IMG/VR virus record: IMGVR_UViG_3300045988_023644
Coordinates: 1 to 47,150 of that record
Direction: 5' to 3' (one strand)
DNA: 47,150 nucleotides
Source of the DNA: a virus
This document shows, in pieces, positions 15,042 to 22,460 of this stretch (the stretch's first letter is position 1; each line of letters begins with the position of its first letter). The translations under genes were made by a program, and so were the position numbers. A model generated the notes under the pieces. That model searched no databases, was not told the DNA's origin, and saw only the letters and a list, made by a program, of their open reading frames with translations.

Positions 15042-15496
15042 GGCAATACCTCCAGTGACTTGATATACCCAGCCGCGATATTCTCACGGAAGATGTTCAG
15101 CGGCTGGGAAAACACGATTCCCGATGACACATAGCTCACAGAAAAATGAACATCCTTCATTTCCTGTGGATGTTCCGGGTCGCTTAAGTCCAGCATGGTC
15201 CCTCCCACCTCACACGGCAGAATAGCCACGCGCCCGGCCTTGTCAGCCTCGGCCAGCTCGCGCAAGCGGGTGTAACTGCAAAAATTCTCCAAATCAGCAA
15301 GACGCATCAGTTTCAGCGCGATCTCGTCTGCCTTATCTTTCGGCAGGACTTCCTCCGGCGTCAGCCCCGTGTCTAAATACTGACGCAGTAACGGGCAGTG
15401 GGCAGCCGGAACCGCCGTGCAGAACCCGCCGACCGCGGTACAATTTCCATTGTCCGTATGGCGAAAATTACAACGCAAGCAATTGTTCTTTTCCAT
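15038..15496 (-). CDS. Hypothetical Cys-rich protein (paralogous domain)
   Basis: Start at ATG 15496. RLRELAEADKAGRVAILPCEVGG. Confidence 0.6.
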   Translation of the reverse strand: MEKNNCLRCNFRHTDNGNCTAVGGFCTAVPAAHCPLLRQYLDTGLTPEEVLPKDKADEIALKLMRLADLENFCSYTRLRELAEADKAGRVAILPCEVGGTMLDLSDPEHPQEMKDVHFSVSYVSSGIVFSQPLNIFRENIAAGYIKSLEVLP

Positions 15497-15627
15497 CACT
15501 CCACCTCCCATTTCAGTTCGTCATACAGCTCACTGAACCGCTTGTTCCACTTTCTTAGCTCGAAGAAACAGTACACGCCCAACACGATCCACAGCCCGCT
15601 GGCGATGTTTTGCAACAGGTTCTCCAT
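15496..15627 (-). CDS. Small membrane protein (43 aa) MENLLQNIASGLWIVLGVYCFFELRKWNKRFSELYDELKWEVE
   Basis: ATG 15627 preceded by AGGAGGTGGAG. ATGA overlaps at both ends. Confidence 0.5.
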   Translation of the reverse strand: MENLLQNIASGLWIVLGVYCFFELRKWNKRFSELYDELKWEVE

Positions 15628-15929
15628 CACTCCACCTCCTGCGTCCAGAACTCGCGGCGGCAAGAGGCGCAAGAATTACTGTAAGGATTATAACAAATAG
15701 ATCCATTACGGAATTTTTTTAGCAAGTCTTTAGGGCATATATTTAGCACTCCTTCAATAACCTTTGCCTCCGGATACTGCTCCAGAAACACGCTTTGCCG
15801 TGTCTTGCGCGGGTGTGCAGCAGACCATTCCTCGGTGTTCTTCACAATTTGTGCCGCATCCACGCCCCACACCTCACTCATGGTACCGCACATTCTGTTC
15901 CGCTCCTCAATAAACTTCACAGCGTCCAT
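15627..15929 (-). CDS. Hypothetical phage protein
   Basis: Start at ATG 15929 (RBS GGAGGAAAA). Confidence 0.6.
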   Translation of the reverse strand: MDAVKFIEERNRMCGTMSEVWGVDAAQIVKNTEEWSAAHPRKTRQSVFLEQYPEAKVIEGVLNICPKDLLKKFRNGSICYNPYSNSCASCRREFWTQEVE

Positions 15930-16267
15930 CACATTTTCCTCCATTTGCACCCGTCACAGGCACCCTCGTGTGCTTGTTTGTGCTTGCCACAGTATTGGCA
16001 TAGCTCGTTCTTTATGGTGTGCAATTCTTCTTTAAGCCGCAAAACCTTGTTTGTTTTTGACACAGCCACGTCAAGCAATTCCTTGATGTCTCCCAGCGTC
16101 AGCCCCGTGTCCTCGTAGGCGGCGAGACGGCTCCACGCCGCTTCTTCCCACTTGCAATTCATGGAGCAGTCCCCGCCAACTTTGATGCATTCGGAGCCGC
16201 AAAAATGTGTGCAACATACGCCGTTTTCATGCGATGTTTGCTTGCTGTACTTAGTCAACCGATCCAT
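15929..16267 (-). CDS. Hypothetical Cys-rich phage protein
   Basis: RBS GAAGGAGGAA. AAYEDTGLTLGDIKEL motif common in Firmicutes phages. Confidence 0.6.
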   Translation of the reverse strand: MDRLTKYSKQTSHENGVCCTHFCGSECIKVGGDCSMNCKWEEAAWSRLAAYEDTGLTLGDIKELLDVAVSKTNKVLRLKEELHTIKNELCQYCGKHKQAHEGACDGCKWRKM

Positions 16268-16541
16268 CGTGTTCCTCCTTCACCGCCACAGCCTTTGCCA
16301 GCTGTGCCATGCCCTTATTCATGTCCTCTATCTGCTTATCCCGCCGCGCAATGGTGTCCTTCAAACTGTCGTTGGCTTTCATCAGTGCCTCGATGTGCCG
16401 CTGCTGGTTCTCGATCAGGTCAGCGGCGTATCCCATCGCTTTTTCGATACATCCAAACTCGGCAATCAGAGGACACGATCCTTCGCATTTCTTATGCTGT
16501 TCGCAGCACCGCAGCGCGGTCACGATCTCATCTCTTGTCAT
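16251..16541 (-). CDS. Hypothetical coiled-coil protein
   Basis: Start at ATG 16541 (ATGA overlap with the Dam stop, RBS AAGGAGGAA). Confidence 0.6.
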   Translation of the reverse strand: MTRDEIVTALRCCEQHKKCEGSCPLIAEFGCIEKAMGYAADLIENQQRHIEALMKANDSLKDTIARRDKQIEDMNKGMAQLAKAVAVKEEHDGSVD

Positions 16542-16985
16542 GTCATTCCTCCTTGCCAAATGGCGATCATACTGGGAAACGGTGCCGTTCCCATCGGCTT
16601 TCCGTCCAGCTCGAATTTCAGCCGCCCGCGCAGAAAACGTATCTCTGCCTTACCCAGAATGTAGTCGTGAAAACTGGCACGGTCAGTCCGCGCTGGAATC
16701 AGCAGCACCACCGTTGTCCCCGGCTTCTGTCCCTCCCGCCAGCACTTCTCTGTCCACAGCCCGGTTTCCTTGCTTCCGTAGGGCGGGTTACAAAACACTG
16801 TTTCGCCCCCCCCAATTTTGCCGCAAACCATCATCGCTTTGCGTGAAATACCGCGCACACTTGTGGTTTTCGTCACTGGCGGCAGCGTCCAGCGTGAAAT
16901 GGAACTCCGCGTCCAGCTCGTCAAACAGCTTTTGCGGCGTTTCCCAGAAATTCTTATCGCTGGAAAACAAAGCGTCGTTTACCAT
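16538..16985 (-). pseudogene. dam: Phage Dam-type N6-adenine DNA methyltransferase, frameshifted at a G8 run
   Basis: The N-terminal frame ends ...GLRQNWGGRNSVL*. The other frame continues GGGETVFCNPPYGS. The C8 run at 16806-16813 (G8 on the coding strand) joins them if read as G7. Confidence 0.8.
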
Positions 16986-18877
16986 GTCATTCCTCCTGAA
17001 AAAATATCCCAGTCGCCTTTCTCACCTGACTTCTCATCGCCGAAATGCTTTTTGGTCACGGCAATGGGGAATTGCTCAATTTCAGAACTCCACCGGCAGC
17101 ACTCTGCTCCGTGTATTCTCGCCCAGCAGACATTAAACCCCGAAATGCCATCAAACAAGCTCCCCAGCGTCGCGTCCTCCGGCAAATACCGCGCCATGCG
17201 CCGCAGCATCCAGTCCCAGAAGGGAAGGGCGATGGAGTTGCCCAGCGCCTTGTACCGTGGGCTGTCCGCACTTCCTTTCACTTTTATTTCGCGCCCGCGT
17301 TTATCTGTTTTAACCCAATCTCCAATATCTGTCCATCCGTCTGGGAAACCTTGCAGCCGTTCGCATTCCATCGGTGTCAGGCGGCGCACGACCATGTTCT
17401 GGCGCACTGTGTTGTTTAGGTTCAAACTGGTTCCACCGCTTTCTTTCGCCTGTAACGTTCCGTTGAGTTCTCCACCCTCGGTAAAGTTCCGGCAATCCAC
17501 GCTGCTGCATATCAGGTCAGTGCCGTCCTTATAGTCCCGTTGTTTGCAGCTACTTGCACACTCGGCAGCGCGGTAATCACCGAAGCCGTTCATCTGGTAC
17601 GTCAGCGGCACTTGGTTTCCGCCCGTGCCAATCCTCGCCTGCAACGCCGGGACCTGCTCCCCACACTCACGGATGACGTAACAGGCGTGTGTCATGTCCA
17701 GTACCACGCACGACGGCACATGGGCGTTCGCGTTCAGTGTGTGGCACGGTTTGCCGAACTCAGGCTGACTTCCGTTCTCCTTGCTGGTGATCTGCGTGGT
17801 GTCAAATGCCATCGCCGCCGGAGCCACCACAGCTGGTTTATTCCCGCCGCACTCGGCGTTCAGTGTAGGGGACAGTTTCTCTTGATAGCCGATGCTCCTC
17901 GCCTGTTCACTGTTGCCCAGCTTAAACCCGGCACATAGCACAGCTTCGCGGTTCAGGCCACTGCTTTCACGGGAACTGAGCGTAGGCGAAACGCCGTCAC
18001 CATCGTATACGCGCTGGCTCTGCGCGTCCCCCGGATTCATGCACATTACTCCGTGGCGGTCGCCAGCGGTCAGTGTGGGGGACGGGTCTCCCTCTTTGCC
18101 GATGCCAAGACCGTTTCCGCTGCCGTCGTGGTTGCGGCTTTCACCGCCACCCTGCCATCTTGTAGCTTTGTCGTTGATGGGGATAGCCGCAAATATGGCA
18201 GGATTGTTCACACCACCGCCAACACCGCCTTGCAGTGTAGGAGATTTTCCGTTTATGTCAAAAATGCGCTTGCTTTGGCAATCCCAAGCCGTCATGCAGT
18301 CCCCGACTGCCGGATTAAAACCGCTTTCAGCAGCTTCGGCAAATCCTTCCCCCGCCTCTCCGCTCTCCGCAATATCCCCTGGCAGGCTTTTGGGGTCAAA
18401 TTGTATTTCGGATGCGGTGTCTCCTCCAAAATCTGCGACAACCGAGATACGACGGCGGCGTTGGGGCACTCCCCAGTATTGCGCGTCATGAGTTCGCCAC
18501 ACCACGCTCCATCGTCCTCCCATTTCATCGTGGTAGCCCCCCCAGGTAGGCCAACCCTTTTCAGGCACTTCAATACCGGGGGCTTCCGGCTCGACGATTT
18601 TGATGATCTCTTCGAGCACGGCTGCGAAGTCTTTTCCTTTGTTGCTGCTAAAGGCGCCGACCACGTTTTCCCACACGAGATACCGAGGTCTGACCATGTC
18701 ACCTGTCCGTCCATTCCTTTTGTCCGCCTCCCTCATTTCTTTTACGATGCGTACCTGCTCCATAAACAGGCCGCTCCGCGCTCCCGCCAAACCGGCGCGT
18801 TTCCCAGCGATGGATAGATCCTGTCTAACAAGGTGAACCACCTGTAATACACCAAACGGGATCAATCTCTGCCCCAT
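16979..18877 (-). CDS. C5-cytosine DNA methyltransferase, main ORF: motifs IV(part)-VI-VIII, multiple TRD-like repeats, IX-X, then motif I-II at the C-terminus
   Basis: QDLSIAGKRAGLAGARSGLF, YLVWENV, GVPQRRRR, repeated (S)PTL units, RLTPMECERLQGFPDGW, YKALGNS, then LGSLFDGISGF...SEIEQFPIAV. Confidence 0.85.
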   Translation of the reverse strand: MGQRLIPFGVLQVVHLVRQDLSIAGKRAGLAGARSGLFMEQVRIVKEMREADKRNGRTGDMVRPRYLVWENVVGAFSSNKGKDFAAVLEEIIKIVEPEAPGIEVPEKGWPTWGGYHDEMGGRWSVVWRTHDAQYWGVPQRRRRISVVADFGGDTASEIQFDPKSLPGDIAESGEAGEGFAEAAESGFNPAVGDCMTAWDCQSKRIFDINGKSPTLQGGVGGGVNNPAIFAAIPINDKATRWQGGGESRNHDGSGNGLGIGKEGDPSPTLTAGDRHGVMCMNPGDAQSQRVYDGDGVSPTLSSRESSGLNREAVLCAGFKLGNSEQARSIGYQEKLSPTLNAECGGNKPAVVAPAAMAFDTTQITSKENGSQPEFGKPCHTLNANAHVPSCVVLDMTHACYVIRECGEQVPALQARIGTGGNQVPLTYQMNGFGDYRAAECASSCKQRDYKDGTDLICSSVDCRNFTEGGELNGTLQAKESGGTSLNLNNTVRQNMVVRRLTPMECERLQGFPDGWTDIGDWVKTDKRGREIKVKGSADSPRYKALGNSIALPFWDWMLRRMARYLPEDATLGSLFDGISGFNVCWARIHGAECCRWSSEIEQFPIAVTKKHFGDEKSGEKGDWDIFSGGMTW

Positions 18878-18908
18878 TTATTTTCGTAATATCGCCTAAA
18901 TGTTTCAC
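18825..18908 (-). pseudogene. Detached N-terminal fragment of the C5 methyltransferase (MKHLGDITKINGAEIDPVWCITGGSPC, then TAG)
   Basis: GTG 18908 lies 6 nt after AGGAGGTG. Ends in the catalytic GGSPC followed by TAG (18825-18827). The next conserved residues QDLS are in another frame. Confidence 0.75.
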
Positions 18909-18920
18909 CTAAATCACCTC

Positions 18921-19196
18921 CTAATCTCCAAACACCACGCCGCACTCGTCCTTCAGCACGTCCTTGATGTGCTTCCGCTTGATGCGGCCTTCGTTGATCT
19001 CCTCCGCCAGCTTCTCAAGGCACTCGTACAGATACGCGATGCTCTGCGTATCCCGGCTGTCCGATGTCTCCTCGAATACGTGCCAGCCGCATTTGTCCAT
19101 CAGCACCATTGCCACCATGTCCATGTTCTCCCGTGTGCCTTGCAACTTGCCACGCATAAAAATGCGGTCGTCCCTGCTCAAATGCTGTTTACCCAT
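18921..19196 (-). CDS. Hypothetical protein
   Basis: 91 aa, RBS GAGGT. Confidence 0.6.
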   Translation of the reverse strand: MGKQHLSRDDRIFMRGKLQGTRENMDMVAMVLMDKCGWHVFEETSDSRDTQSIAYLYECLEKLAEEINEGRIKRKHIKDVLKDECGVVFGD

Positions 19197-19197
19197 C

Positions 19198-20271
19198 TCA
19201 ATACCTCACTCCGATGTAGTCCAGCACCCGCGCATAGCCAAGGCCGTCTTTCGTGGGTTTCCACAGCCCATCCGTGTCGAATGCCCCGCCGCCGATGCAG
19301 AATTGGTAGTGCTTCGGGTGCGTAAGTTTCATGCGTTCAAAGCGGTTTGTGCCTTTTTCAAGATGACTTCCAAATCCGCAGAACATGCAGCCCGTCCTCT
19401 GGCATCCCGTGCAGTGCAGATTGCAGTCGATCAGCGTCGCGCCGTAGTCGTTCTCGCCGTCGCTGGCTACGATGTCGCCATACACGCTGGCGTAGGGTAG
19501 TTGGTGGTCTACGATGAAGCGAAGCACATCCTGCTCCGTCCAGAAACTCATGGGCTTAGATAAGGGACGCCTTCCTTCAAAGGCGTTGCAGCCGGTTTCG
19601 CGCCATTTTTGCATCCGCAGAAGACTTTCCTCCGCCATTGTTGCCGTCGTGGGCTTGACATCCGCTCGGTGCTCATAGCTCTTTGACGGAGACTTTTTCA
19701 TAATTCCACAGCACTTGTCTGATATGAGAAATGGAGCCGAAAGCAAATACTCCCACTTTTCACAGTTGTACATACTCTTTTCCCCATCGGCGCGTAAGAC
19801 TTCCCCACGCAATAGTTTCATACTTCGGCTATCTGGTGAACGCCGCGCTGTTTCTATCCGGTGCGCTACGTCTTTACCGATGATGCTGTACCCGTACTTC
19901 GTCACCACCTGTCGAATGTTCATCTTCGGGCGCAGACGGTGGAGGTTGACGGTCACGCGGGGAAACTCCCTCCGCAGCCACGCGGCGTACTCATTCACGA
20001 ACTTCTGAATTTCAGGGTATTCCAGCCCTGTGTTCACAAATACCAGATTGAGCTCCCACGGCGGCGTCCTAAAACTCGCCAGATACCGCGCCGCCAGATA
20101 CGCCAGCACCGTGCTGTCCTTTCCGCCGGAGAAACTGACGTAGCACTGCCCGCCCCACGCAGTATACCACTCGTCCAGCTTTTCGTAGGTCAGTATCTCC
20201 TTGTCCTGCACGTCCAGCGCCATCAGTTTCTTCGCCACTTCATTCGTCAGCGGCTGATTTATCGGCAGCAT
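19198..20271 (-). CDS. PAPS reductase-family (PP-loop) protein, IbrA/DndC-like, with a C-terminal Cys cluster
   Basis: SFSGGKDS PP-loop. CNLHCTGCQRTGCMFCGFG. Confidence 0.8.
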   Translation of the reverse strand: MLPINQPLTNEVAKKLMALDVQDKEILTYEKLDEWYTAWGGQCYVSFSGGKDSTVLAYLAARYLASFRTPPWELNLVFVNTGLEYPEIQKFVNEYAAWLRREFPRVTVNLHRLRPKMNIRQVVTKYGYSIIGKDVAHRIETARRSPDSRSMKLLRGEVLRADGEKSMYNCEKWEYLLSAPFLISDKCCGIMKKSPSKSYEHRADVKPTTATMAEESLLRMQKWRETGCNAFEGRRPLSKPMSFWTEQDVLRFIVDHQLPYASVYGDIVASDGENDYGATLIDCNLHCTGCQRTGCMFCGFGSHLEKGTNRFERMKLTHPKHYQFCIGGGAFDTDGLWKPTKDGLGYARVLDYIGVRY

Positions 20272-21023
20272 TACTCAGCCTCCACCAACTTGCCCTTTAC
20301 CAGCTTATACCAAGTGTCCGCTCTGATGTCCGTGCCGTCTACGACAAACGCTTTCCACTCTTTGATGTCCCAATTGTCCGCGTTTTCCTCACAGATCACC
20401 AGAACAGCACCAAGACCGCCTTTAATCTTCACGTCGTTACCGCGAACAAGGCCGCATCCATTTTTGCCAACAGAAACAGTTCCTTTTGCGGTGGCTGCGC
20501 CGTAAGTGCCTGCGGTGGCTGCGCCGTAAGTGCCTGCGGCGGCTGCGCCGCTATCGCCTGCGGTGGCTGCGCCGCGATAGCCTGCGGTGGCTGCGCCGCG
20601 ATCGCCTGCGGTGGCTGCGCCGTAAGTGCCTGCGGTGGCTGCGCCGTAAGTGCCTGCGGTGGCTGCGCCGCGATCGCCTGCGGTGGCTGCTTTCTGGTCG
20701 GTATGTTCCATTGTGGTATGCGCCTTGACGTACTCAACGTGAGCCTTTACCAGCCCGGGAATACCGATCTCCGCGCCCACCGTAAGCTTCTTGGCAACGC
20801 GCTTGCTATCACCTCCGCGTTCGTCGCTCACGCCTTCCATTTCCACTTCGCAATACCGGCTTCCTTCGCCGGGCGCGTAATAACTGAACACATCCAACGG
20901 CGCTTCACAAGCGTGCAAGCCCTGATTGCACAGCTTCACTTTGTCAACTTCCTGCGTGCCGCCGATCTCATACTGCAAACCTCTGCACTGCAAATTCTTG
21001 TCAAAACCCTTGTATGCTTTCAT
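20271..21023 (-). CDS. DUF7666-like protein with an internal 8-residue tandem repeat (GAATAGxx)
   Basis: N-terminus KAYKGF..L.CRG.QYE.G.....LC..GLHAC, then 8.5 copies of a 24-nt repeat. Confidence 0.65.
   Translation of the reverse strand: MKAYKGFDKNLQCRGLQYEIGGTQEVDKVKLCNQGLHACEAPLDVFSYYAPGEGSRYCEVEMEGVSDERGGDSKRVAKKLTVGAEIGIPGLVKAHVEYVKAHTTMEHTDQKAATAGDRGAATAGTYGAATAGTYGAATAGDRGAATAGYRGAATAGDSGAAAAGTYGAATAGTYGAATAKGTVSVGKNGCGLVRGNDVKIKGGLGAVLVICEENADNWDIKEWKAFVVDGTDIRADTWYKLVKGKLVEAE
20487..20690. repeat. 8.5 x 24-bp tandem repeat (tgcggtggctgcgccgtaagtgcc and variants), in frame within 20271..21023
   Basis: Units start at 20487, 20511, 20535, 20559, 20583, 20607, 20631, 20655 and 20679. 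Confidence 0.95.
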
Positions 21024-21042
21024 TCTTATTCTCCTATTGTCA

Positions 21043-21411
21043 TTATCTTTTTACCGCAATTTCTGTAATGGCGTAGCCATATTTTGCATGAAACATTTTC
21101 GCCTTAATGGCATACTTGTCTGTGCGAATCCCCTTTACATCCTCTGTAACGTGGAGCCAGTATACATTCCCGTTGCAGTCCGGTGTGGTTTTTCGCTCAT
21201 AGTCAAAATCTGCCTTGTAGTCCACGCCAAGCACACGATTCCCGTCCAGCCCGGTAAACGGCTCCTGCAAGCAGTATGTTTTCTGCAACTGCAAGTTCCT
21301 GATCTGACCGGCACGCAGCAGCAAAATCAACTCATCATACCGCCGTGCTTCTGCATGAGAATCAAACGTCAGGTTGCCGCGTTTGGCCTTTTTCGCGTTG
21401 TACTTACCCAC
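21043..21411 (-). CDS. DUF1064-like protein (nuclease-fold)
   Basis: KYNAKK...FDSHAEARRYDEL..L...G.I..L..Q pattern. Confidence 0.65.
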   Translation of the reverse strand: MGKYNAKKAKRGNLTFDSHAEARRYDELILLLRAGQIRNLQLQKTYCLQEPFTGLDGNRVLGVDYKADFDYERKTTPDCNGNVYWLHVTEDVKGIRTDKYAIKAKMFHAKYGYAITEIAVKR

Positions 21412-21643
21412 GCTCCAGCCCCCTTTCCCGAAATCCTTCGTAGTTGAGGATATAGCGGCGCTCCTTTGTCAATCGGCGCTGCTGCCCGCATCGTTGGCAG
21501 ATACCAGGCTCCCACCGATCTTTTGACGGATCGAAACGCTGTTCCCGCGTGGGCTGAACGATGTTGTTATCCTTCTCCAGCTCTCCGATGCATACAGGGC
21601 AAAGGCGCTTGGTATGTATTTGGTTGGCTTGATCAAATGTCAT
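21404..21643 (-). CDS. Hypothetical zinc-ribbon protein
   Basis: Start at ATG 21643 (RBS GGAGGGAAG). CPVC...CQRC. Confidence 0.55.
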   Translation of the reverse strand: MTFDQANQIHTKRLCPVCIGELEKDNNIVQPTREQRFDPSKDRWEPGICQRCGQQRRLTKERRYILNYEGFRERGLERG

Positions 21644-22460
21644 AGCTTCCCTCCAAAACCGACTTAACAAAACTGAGCTGTTCCTTCGCCTTTCTGCGCC
21701 GAATGCTGTCGCCGCGAAATACCAGAGGTACGCACATTTCCAGCACACGGTCATAAATGCGCTGATAGGCCATGTTCTTGGGATTGCAGATTTCGTCCAG
21801 CGTCAGGTTGGCGGTCACGATCAATGGCTTTTTGGACTTGTAGCGCTCGTCAATGACCATGTATACCGTTTCCAGCGCATAATCGCTGTTCCGTTCCGCG
21901 CCCAGATCGTCAATGACCAGCAGAGGATAATAGCGCATCTGGTCAATGATGTCCTGCTTGTCATATCCGGCGCTCAGAATGCGCGGAAAGCTTGTAATCA
22001 TGGCCGGAATCCCACGGTCAATCAACTGGTTTGCAATGCAGGCAGCTGCGAAGGTCTTTCCGTTGCCAGTATTGCCCCACAGCAGCAAGCCGCTGTTGCT
22101 CTTCGCCATTTCGTCCCATCGGTCTGCGTATCGCCTGCACTTGGCAAGCTCGTTTGTCATGGTGGCCCCGTCAAACCGGCAACCAGCAAGGCTCTTATCA
22201 CGGATGCCGTCCGCACGAAGCGTTTCAATGCGCAGGCGCAGTTCCTGATCCTGCCGCGCTTTTTTCTCCGCCTCGTACTTTCTGGCGGCGCAGGCGCACT
22301 GGCACTTGACGATCCGCACCTTCCCAGCAATGTCGATACGGCATTGCTTCTGCGTGTCGCAATGACCGCAATACAGCAGACCGTCCTTCTCGTAGTCCAG
22401 AACATCGCAGTCCTGCGCAACGTTCTGCGTAATGCTGTCGATGATGAAATCTGCGTTCAT
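21633..22460 (-). CDS. DnaC/IstB-like AAA+ helicase loader
   Basis: Walker A GNTGNGKT, Walker B LLVIDDLG. Confidence 0.85.
   Translation of the reverse strand: MNADFIIDSITQNVAQDCDVLDYEKDGLLYCGHCDTQKQCRIDIAGKVRIVKCQCACAARKYEAEKKARQDQELRLRIETLRADGIRDKSLAGCRFDGATMTNELAKCRRYADRWDEMAKSNSGLLLWGNTGNGKTFAAACIANQLIDRGIPAMITSFPRILSAGYDKQDIIDQMRYYPLLVIDDLGAERNSDYALETVYMVIDERYKSKKPLIVTANLTLDEICNPKNMAYQRIYDRVLEMCVPLVFRGDSIRRRKAKEQLSFVKSVLEGSYDI

Noticed and set aside
18825-18827. TAG after the catalytic Cys read as Gln (stop-codon recoding, as in some gut phages), which would give PCQ
   Set aside because: After the TAG that frame reads TGSIHRWETRRF..., whereas the conserved DLSIAGKRAGLAGARSGLF is in a different frame. 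TAG also terminates the adjacent gene 18921..19196 normally. A 4-nt insertion explains the data better.
20487-20690. The 24-bp tandem repeats as a CRISPR array
   Set aside because: The units are contiguous with no spacers, and they are in frame within a protein-coding gene.
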